Shown: piece after piece, positions 9,222 through 15,824 of the stretch | Layout of the letters: the number at the start of each line of letters is the position of its first letter | Position numbering within the stretch: position 1 is the first letter of the stretch | NCBI GenBank assembly: GCA_964586055.1 | Contig: CAZPFX010000006.1 | Location: forward strand, 1 to 48,280 | DNA length: 48,280 nucleotides | Reading direction: 5' to 3' | Origin: an uncultured Pseudomonadales bacterium | Lineage (GTDB): Bacteria > Patescibacteriota > Microgenomatia > UBA1400 > PJMF01 | Made by a program: the position numbers and the translations under genes | Notes under the pieces: model-generated | What the model was told of the DNA's origin: nothing | The model's input: only the letters and a program-made list of their open reading frames with translations | The model's database searches: none

Positions 9222-10036
9222 ATAAAAAATCAAAACCACCATTTAATTTACAATTATTTCTACACACCAGACAGTCTTTGGCGATTGCCATTGGCTTAAT
9301 TTTGGCAAGTCTAATTTTACTTCTGACCGTGTGCATACCTCAGATTAAAGCTTCGTTGGAAGTAAATGGAAGTATTAAGAAAGAAAGCGAGAGGCTGGCA
9401 AAGCTTAAGCAAAAGCTAAGTGAGCTCTCAAATATTACCTATCAACCAGAATACGAGCAAATCGACTTTGTGTCTGCCACTCTACCCTCGCACAAACCGC
9501 TTTTAGAGCTCATCACTAGTCTCTATGCTGTGACCCAGAAGTCTGGAGTGGTGGTCGATAATTTCGAGATCTCGCCTGGATTAGTCTCTACTTCTTCTGC
9601 CGAGTATGTTGGTGCTGGAAAGGGTAGTTATGATTCGCTGGAGTTAAAGCTTTCAGTTGGAGGAACCTTTGATCAGCTGCAAGAGTTTATGTTACTGACA
9701 GAAACAGTTACTCCTTTTACTACGATCTCGGATTTGTCACTAAATGCAACGTTTGATAATGAATCAGCTACCGTAGATCAGTCAAAAGCCTCGTCAGCTA
9801 GCTTGGTGACTACTACTTACTTTTTCACTCAGCCAATTTCTGTATCTCTGGAACAACCGCTGCCTAAATTGACGACAACTGATCACATCGTCTTAAATGA
9901 ACTCTCTTCATACGAGAAGATAGACTTACCGGAACAAAATACGATATTAGGAGGTGGCTCGGAAGATATTTTCCGAGTGGCAAAACTTAGATTTCCTGGA
10001 GCTCAGGTCTCGTCTGAAGGTGTTTCAGAACTCTGA
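9218..10036 (+). CDS. pilO: PilO-like pilus assembly protein with C-terminal extension
   Basis: GTG start overlapping the pilN stop (GTGA). One TM helix followed by a coiled coil (ESERLAKLKQKLSELS). Positional equivalent of pilO. Confidence 0.55.
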   Translation: MNKKSKPPFNLQLFLHTRQSLAIAIGLILASLILLLTVCIPQIKASLEVNGSIKKESERLAKLKQKLSELSNITYQPEYEQIDFVSATLPSHKPLLELITSLYAVTQKSGVVVDNFEISPGLVSTSSAEYVGAGKGSYDSLELKLSVGGTFDQLQEFMLLTETVTPFTTISDLSLNATFDNESATVDQSKASSASLVTTTYFFTQPISVSLEQPLPKLTTTDHIVLNELSSYEKIDLPEQNTILGGGSEDIFRVAKLRFPGAQVSSEGVSEL

Positions 10037-10293
10037 TCTTCAGAGGCTTGTTGAGTAGGTTCTTGATCTTCAACAATAACTCGGGCACGAATACCTTCTT
10101 TTACTGCTCTGATACGACTAATGTTTCGAATTGCGTGGATTACTGAACCACCCTTACCGATTACGCGACCCATGTCTTCAGCATGAACATGAATGATGAA
10201 CTCGGTTGTATCACCGTTTTCTCTTTCTTCGATGGATACGTCTTCTGGATGCTCAACTAAGTGAATTAAGATAAATTCAAGCAGATTTTTCAT
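10003..10293 (-). CDS. KH-domain RNA-binding protein (YlqC/UPF0109-like) with acidic tail
   Basis: GRVIGKGGSVIHAIR GxxG KH motif. Start set at MKNLLEF (10293), directly after the rpsP stop. The longer ORF would overlap rpsP. Confidence 0.85.
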   Translation of the reverse strand: MKNLLEFILIHLVEHPEDVSIEERENGDTTEFIIHVHAEDMGRVIGKGGSVIHAIRNISRIRAVKEGIRARVIVEDQEPTQQASEDQSSETPSDET

Positions 10294-10294
10294 T

Positions 10295-10735
10295 TTATTC
10301 CTTTGTTTCTTCTTTTTTCTCCGGAGATTCTGCTTTAACTTCTTCCTCAACTACCTCAGCTACTTCAGCCTTTGGTTCTTCAACAACTGGCTCAGCGGGT
10401 GCTTCAGGCGCTTTTGGAGCTTTTGCAGCTTCGTCAGCTGCTAGTTTTTTAGCAACGCTTTTTTTAGATGGCTTTGGTTTCTTTTCTGGAAATGGAACGG
10501 CTGATTGAGATTTTTTGACGAGAGCAGCTACCGTATCGGTTGGGATTGCTCCTTTGGAAACCCAGTACTTGAAAGCCTCGTAGTCAACTTTCAGAAGCTT
10601 AGGCGTATCGGTTGGCGCGTAATGACCAAGCTCAGCCATGTATTGGCCGTCTCGTTTTGAGCGAGCTTCGTTCACTACAATTCTATAGTGAGGTTGATTA
10701 CGTTTTCCAAATCTGGCGAGTTTTATTTTTAGCAT
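10295..10735 (-). CDS. rpsP: 30S ribosomal protein S16 with long Ala/Glu/Lys-rich C-terminal extension
   Basis: MLKIKLARFGKRNQPHYRIVV signature. 146 aa versus about 82 aa for typical S16. Confidence 0.95.
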   Translation of the reverse strand: MLKIKLARFGKRNQPHYRIVVNEARSKRDGQYMAELGHYAPTDTPKLLKVDYEAFKYWVSKGAIPTDTVAALVKKSQSAVPFPEKKPKPSKKSVAKKLAADEAAKAPKAPEAPAEPVVEEPKAEVAEVVEEEVKAESPEKKEETKE

Positions 10736-10777
10736 AGGTGTTAGGTTCGTGGATTATACTGTAGCTTCGAGAGTTTC

Positions 10778-11434
10778 TCAAGCGGAGTAGCTTTCTAGTG
10801 CTTTCTCAGCTGCTCTCTGCTGTGCTTGTTGTTTACTTTTACCAGTTCCCAAGGCTTGATCTTGTCCGCTAATGCGAACAGCGACTGTAAATTCTTTGTC
10901 ATGATCAGGTCCAACCTCGCTCTTTACTCTGTAGTGTGGAGCTGGCAAACCTTTAGCTTGGACGAGTTCTTGGAGTTCGCTCTTGGCATCACGATAGCGC
11001 CCTTCACGCAGGATGTCCTCGAGTTCAACAAACAATTCTTTTTGTAAAAATGCAGTTACCGCTTCGTAGCCCTGATCAAGATATAAAGCCCCGACAATGG
11101 CCTCGAAAGTATCGGCTAGTAGACCTTCGTTTTCTCGTCCACCTGATGAGGCCTCACCTCTGCTCATAATGATCTTATCGCCAATGCCTAATTTTTGCGC
11201 CACTTCTGCGAGAGTAGTGGTCTTTACAAGTGAGCTACGATAGGTAGTGAGAACCCCCTCTGGCTCTTTTGGGTACTGCGCAAACAAAAACTCTGTAGTA
11301 GCTAGTTCGAGGACTGCGTCACCGAGGAATTCGAGGCGCTCGTTGGAGTCAGAACGCTCTCGAGAAGTCCCAAGCGCGCTGCGATGGGTAAAAGCTCTCT
11401 CAAGTAATTTCTGGTCTGTAAATGCTGGGATCAT
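10778..11434 (-). CDS. rnc: ribonuclease III
   Basis: ERLEFLGDAVL signature. C-terminal dsRBD (GPDHDKEFTVAV...GKSKQQAQQRAA). Confidence 0.95.
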   Translation of the reverse strand: MIPAFTDQKLLERAFTHRSALGTSRERSDSNERLEFLGDAVLELATTEFLFAQYPKEPEGVLTTYRSSLVKTTTLAEVAQKLGIGDKIIMSRGEASSGGRENEGLLADTFEAIVGALYLDQGYEAVTAFLQKELFVELEDILREGRYRDAKSELQELVQAKGLPAPHYRVKSEVGPDHDKEFTVAVRISGQDQALGTGKSKQQAQQRAAEKALESYSA

Positions 11435-11437
11435 GTC

Positions 11438-11686
11438 TTATCCAAGTTCGGTTTCTTCTGCGACGATATCTGCGAACTCTCCTAAGGTTTGAATTTCTTC
11501 AAGAGTGACTTCGCGCAAGTTCAAAGAAATATTGAAGTATTTGTTTACTGCTGCGACAACTCTTTTGAATTCGACGTCACTAAAATTAAGATCCTCAATT
11601 AAATCTGAGTCTGCATTCATCTCCGCTGGGTCATTCCCAGTAGTTTCAGACACGATTTCACTGATTTGTTGTAACAAGTTTGGCAT
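11438..11686 (-). CDS. acyl-carrier-protein-like small acidic protein
   Basis: 82 aa, acidic and helical. EDLNFSDVEFKRVV aligns with the ACP EDLGADSLDTVELV region. Located upstream of rnc, as acpA is in Bacillus. Confidence 0.6.
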   Translation of the reverse strand: MPNLLQQISEIVSETTGNDPAEMNADSDLIEDLNFSDVEFKRVVAAVNKYFNISLNLREVTLEEIQTLGEFADIVAEETELG

Positions 11687-11705
11687 TATTTCCGTTCTAG
11701 CTTAG

Positions 11706-12062
11706 TTATAGCAGTATTTGGGCAAGAACCCCATTGATAAATTTTGGTGAGGAATCGCTTCCAAATTCTTTCGCCAACTCAATTCCCTCGTCGATGAGCA
11801 CCTTGGGAGGTGTGTCGGCGTGCTTTGATTCAAACATAATTAGTCTCATGATTGCAAGATCCACTTTATTAATTTCAGTCAGTGCTCTCTCAGGTGCATT
11901 AGCTTGAATGACGCTATCCAAGTCGGTAAGTTCTGCCAAAATCTTTTTTATGTATTCAAGATTTTTAACGCTCTCCATGCGCTCCGGGTGTAAACCATTG
12001 AAAGTACAGGCAAAAAGATCTCTTAGGAGTTCTTTTCGGTGTTCATGTCGCTGGTCTGACAT
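11706..12062 (-). CDS. nusB: NusB-family antitermination factor
   Basis: C-terminal [28 protein letters not shown] matches the NusB INEAVELAKxFG...FVNGVL motif. Confidence 0.75.
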   Translation of the reverse strand: MSDQRHEHRKELLRDLFACTFNGLHPERMESVKNLEYIKKILAELTDLDSVIQANAPERALTEINKVDLAIMRLIMFESKHADTPPKVLIDEGIELAKEFGSDSSPKFINGVLAQILL

Positions 12063-12364
12063 TAGCCTTTGTGCTGGGTTTGACGCTTAGCTGCAGTCTT
12101 GACTTCAAGAACTGGTTTATTCATCTTTTGCTGATTTGGTAATGGCTTCTGAGAAACAGATTTAGTTTGAACTTTTTTCTTACTTGTTTTCTTTGACGCC
12201 TCAGCGGCAGTTAAGCCGATGCTTCTCAAGACACTTGCGACCAAGCCTCTTTTATGAAAAGGAATTGAACTAATCTTAGTGTCCTTTTTCAGCTTAGGCG
12301 TATTGCCAGCGCGTCTTTTGCCACGTTCGACTCTAGTAATTTTATTTTTAGGTAGTGCTCCCAT
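12062..12364 (-). CDS. rpmF: 50S ribosomal protein L32 with C-terminal extension
   Basis: N-terminal [17 protein letters not shown] follows the L32 AVPKRKTSKxRRdxRRa pattern. 100 aa versus about 57. TGCTATACT box and AAAGGAA Shine-Dalgarno upstream. Confidence 0.8.
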   Translation of the reverse strand: MGALPKNKITRVERGKRRAGNTPKLKKDTKISSIPFHKRGLVASVLRSIGLTAAEASKKTSKKKVQTKSVSQKPLPNQQKMNKPVLEVKTAAKRQTQHKG

Positions 12365-12446
12365 GATTTCCTTTTTTCAGTTTCACCAGTATAGCATCTG
12401 AAGAGAGACGATTGTACCGTTACCTCTGGAGAATGACAAGGGGAGC

Positions 12447-14417
12447 CTAGTTTGCTCGAATTGTTTGCAACTGCTCGCGATGCAGAAGTGGCGAATGCCA
12501 CTTTTTTGGTAGCATTTTCTCGAGACGCTGGGCTTTTGAGATGAGTTCAAAATTAGTCCAAGAGGCGAACTGCAGAAAAGAAAAACCATGCTGCTTTAAT
12601 CCAAATAAGTCCCCAGCCCCGCGATTTTGCAAATCAAACTCCGCGAGTTTTTTGCCATCTGTGGTACTTATAAATTGTTCAAGACGCTCTTTAGTTTTCG
12701 GTTGAGTACTTTGAGAAAATAGATAACAGTACCCTTGCTGGCCAGCTCTACCGACTCGCCCTCGGAGTTGGTGCAGACTAGCCAGGCCGTATTGTTGGGC
12801 CGATTCAATAATAATGGCTGATGCTTGGGGGATATCGACGCCAACCTCAATAATTGGGGTACTGACCAGGATATCAATATCTCCCGTGAAAAGTCGTTCT
12901 AGAGTCGCATCTTTCTCAGCAGCTGGCTGCCTGCTGTGAAGTAAGACTATCCTTGGTTCTTTGCCCAATTCTTTTTTTAGTTCTTTAAATCTTGTATTGG
13001 CGTCAACAATATGCGCAGCGCCTTCTTGATCTGATTTGTTGATAAATGGACAAACAACCAAGGTAAGAAAGTTTGAGTTTTCATCTCGTTGTTTTTTTAG
13101 CCATTCGTAGAGATTGTCTCTCTTTTTTTCAGGCAAGGTCCAAGTTTTTGTTGGTAGCCTGTTTTTTGGCAGTTCGTTAATACTCGAGTGTGAAAGATTA
13201 GCAAATAAAGTCAGAGTCAATGATCTTGGAATAGGCGTAGCGGTCATGGTCAGGCGGTGATGTTCAAAGTTGGCAGTAGTTTTAGAACGTTGCCCTACTC
13301 CGAAGCGATGCTGCTCGTCATAGATAACTAGCCCAGGATTGACCTGGTCAAGAAGATTATTTAACGAGTGAGTGCCGACATAAAGCCGAGGACCAATGAA
13401 GCTCTTAGCTTTTTTGTTGCTTGTGACAAGCTCGACATTGAGATCTGGAAAAAGCTTTTGGAGTGTTTGGAAGTGTTGGGCCGCAAGTACCTGAGTTGGG
13501 GCGATCATGAAGGCGCTGTGGCCATTTCTTATCATGTGATAGCAAGCAATGCCGGCGACAACAGTCTTTCCCGAGCCAACATCACCAGTCAGGAGTCGAT
13601 TCATAGGTGAAGTTTGAGTAAGATCACTAACAATTTCTTTGGAACAGGTTATTTGTGATTCGGTGAGAGTGAAGGGAATGGAGTTCGGAATAAGTTCTTC
13701 ATTCAGAGTTATTTGTTGGGCCGTCTTTTTTTCAGTCCATTCTATTTTTTTGTTTTTTGCAATTCTGATGAGCTCAACAAGCTCTTCCAGAGCCAGGCGC
13801 TCTCGAGCTTTTATGGCAGCTTCTGGGTCTGATGGAAAGTGAAGCTCAACGCAAGCTGCTGCAAGAGTTTGATCGTTCTCTTTTTTTAGAACTGTATCTA
13901 ATCCATCCGGCGTCTCTTCTAGGTTATCGACTATTTCTTTTAGAATTCGTCTTAGTCTCCCCTGCATAATTCCCAAGGTGCTGGAGTAAATTGGAACAAT
14001 TCTGTTGGTATGAACGGTGTCATCACTTACACGTTCGAAGCTTGGTTGAATCATGATGCCAGTTTTTCCCACTACTCCACTAAAGAAGTATTGATGCTGA
14101 GCTTGAAGGGCATTCTGGACAAATCGGGCGTTAAACCACATGAGCTGAAGAGATCCAGTCTCGTCTTGAACCGCTACTTTGGTGAAAGTTCGCTTTCCTT
14201 TTCGGAAGCTTGATTTTTTAACCACCTCGGCAAGGATTGTGGCTCTCTCACCTGGAACGAGATCAGCTATAGATATTTGCAGGGAATTATCGAGATAGCG
14301 ATTTGGAACGCTTAGAAGCAGCTCACCAACCGTTTTAATATTCTTTTCATGAAAGATATCTAGGAGAGCTGGTCCGATCCCAGTCACGGCTCCCAGTGGT
14401 GTGCTGATTTTGTACAT
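12447..14417 (-). CDS. recG: ATP-dependent DNA helicase RecG
   Basis: Wedge/OB N-domain, then helicase motifs GDVGSGKT, DEQHRFG, TATPIPR, QLRGRVGR. Confidence 0.95.
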   Translation of the reverse strand: MYKISTPLGAVTGIGPALLDIFHEKNIKTVGELLLSVPNRYLDNSLQISIADLVPGERATILAEVVKKSSFRKGKRTFTKVAVQDETGSLQLMWFNARFVQNALQAQHQYFFSGVVGKTGIMIQPSFERVSDDTVHTNRIVPIYSSTLGIMQGRLRRILKEIVDNLEETPDGLDTVLKKENDQTLAAACVELHFPSDPEAAIKARERLALEELVELIRIAKNKKIEWTEKKTAQQITLNEELIPNSIPFTLTESQITCSKEIVSDLTQTSPMNRLLTGDVGSGKTVVAGIACYHMIRNGHSAFMIAPTQVLAAQHFQTLQKLFPDLNVELVTSNKKAKSFIGPRLYVGTHSLNNLLDQVNPGLVIYDEQHRFGVGQRSKTTANFEHHRLTMTATPIPRSLTLTLFANLSHSSINELPKNRLPTKTWTLPEKKRDNLYEWLKKQRDENSNFLTLVVCPFINKSDQEGAAHIVDANTRFKELKKELGKEPRIVLLHSRQPAAEKDATLERLFTGDIDILVSTPIIEVGVDIPQASAIIIESAQQYGLASLHQLRGRVGRAGQQGYCYLFSQSTQPKTKERLEQFISTTDGKKLAEFDLQNRGAGDLFGLKQHGFSFLQFASWTNFELISKAQRLEKMLPKKWHSPLLHREQLQTIRAN

Positions 14418-14418
14418 T

Positions 14419-14523
14419 TTAGAGAAGAGCTAATAGGCCGCCGCCAACTGTACTGAGAATCATGGCGATAATGGCAACGATGGCAAAGGCATTGATGAGT
14501 TTTTGTCGATTTTTTCTAGTCAT
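14419..14523 (-). CDS. 34-aa single-pass membrane mini-protein (not in the ORF track)
   Basis: ATG at 14523 preceded by AGGA. Translates to MTRKNRQKLINAFAIVAIIAMILSTVGGGLLALL. Overlaps the tyrS stop by 8 nt. Its TAA is 1 nt before the recG ATG, so it fills the gap exactly. Confidence 0.4.
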   Translation of the reverse strand: MTRKNRQKLINAFAIVAIIAMILSTVGGGLLALL

Positions 14524-15706
14524 GGATTATCCTGTAAAATTTGCGCTTACCCATCTTTATAGCATCTATATCTTTAATAGAAATTATTTTGGTGGGATCG
14601 TTCGGCTTTGTCTCCTCTGGGAAAAGGGTTACTCCTCCCTGCTCGATCAGGCGTCGAAGGTTGCCGCGGCTTTCATTTGGCTCGCATCGATGGAGCAAGT
14701 CTAACAAGCTAAGCTCAGATTCTTGAAAGTTAATTTCTGGAATCTCGGTCGGCAGCGAGCCTTCTTGGACTGTGACTCTGAAGTGTTCCTCTGCGAGTCG
14801 CGCTGCCTCCTCATCATGATAAAGTTTGGTGATCTCCCTGGCGAGAAGCTGCTTAAACTGCATTGGATTTTCTCCGGCAGTCATTGCTTGGCTCATAGAT
14901 TCTATTTCTGTCATTGGCGTATCGGTGAGCAAAGTAAAGTACTCAATAATCTGTTCATCGGCAATGCTCATAAGTTTGCCGTACATTTGATTTGGTTCTT
15001 CAGTAAGGGAAACAAAGTTGCCGTAAGATTTGCTCATTTTTCTACCGTCAGTGCCATTGATAATGGGGCAGGTCAGAACCCATTTTTCTCGGTTGTTGTA
15101 GCTTCTCTGGAGTTGTCTACCCATCATCATGTTGAAAAGCTGATCAGAGCCGCCAATTTCTAGATCGACGTCCATAGCTACACTGTCGTATCCCTGCAAT
15201 AAAGGATACAAAATCTCATGGCCGAAAATAGGTTGCTCGTTCTTGATTCTCTCCTGGAACATGTCTCGCTCGGTTAGTTGCTGGACTGTTGTCTTGGCGA
15301 GCAGCTTAATCATATCTGCATAAGTGAGTTTATCGAGCCAGTCTCCGTTGTAGCGAATTTCAATTTTATCGAAGTCAAGAATCTTGTTAGCCTGAGATTT
15401 CCAGGTCTTGAAATTCTCTTCGATCGCCTCGTCGGTGAGAACTGGTCTGGTGCTGTCTCGACCTGTTGGATCACCAATGCGCACGGTGCCATTACCAATT
15501 AATAAAATAACTTGATGACCAGCGTCTGCAAATTGTTGTAGTTTTCTTAGAACCACCGAGTGACCAAGGGTGAGAAGTGAGCCAGTTGGATCAATGCCGA
15601 GGTAAATTCTGATTTTTTTCTCAGACATCAGTTTTTCGAGCGAGGCAATATCTGGAAGTATTTGCTCGACTCCGCGAGTGAGAATTTTTGGAGTAATTTC
15701 TGTCAT
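14516..15706 (-). CDS. tyrS: tyrosine--tRNA ligase
   Basis: HIGH-type motif (TLGHSV), KMSKS, C-terminal S4-like domain (RLIEQGGVTL). Start set at ATG 15706 (MTEITPK), 6 nt after TACAAT. The ORF extends to a GTG at 15733. Confidence 0.93.
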   Translation of the reverse strand: MTEITPKILTRGVEQILPDIASLEKLMSEKKIRIYLGIDPTGSLLTLGHSVVLRKLQQFADAGHQVILLIGNGTVRIGDPTGRDSTRPVLTDEAIEENFKTWKSQANKILDFDKIEIRYNGDWLDKLTYADMIKLLAKTTVQQLTERDMFQERIKNEQPIFGHEILYPLLQGYDSVAMDVDLEIGGSDQLFNMMMGRQLQRSYNNREKWVLTCPIINGTDGRKMSKSYGNFVSLTEEPNQMYGKLMSIADEQIIEYFTLLTDTPMTEIESMSQAMTAGENPMQFKQLLAREITKLYHDEEAARLAEEHFRVTVQEGSLPTEIPEINFQESELSLLDLLHRCEPNESRGNLRRLIEQGGVTLFPEETKPNDPTKIISIKDIDAIKMGKRKFYRIIHD

Positions 15707-15824
15707 CTTTTTATTGTACCCTATATTTATCACTTACTGATAAAATGGACACATGGTACTTCGCGCACAACTCGACTTCTGGCTTCTGGTTTTCAACAAC
15801 AAGCTGCGGTACTATTGGTACGTC

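Noticed and set aside
15707-15824. T-box riboswitch upstream of tyrS (and of pheS at 22767-22834)
   Set aside because: The upstream spacers are only about 70-120 nt and are occupied by promoter boxes or a terminator. There is no specifier-loop or T-box consensus sequence and not enough room for one.
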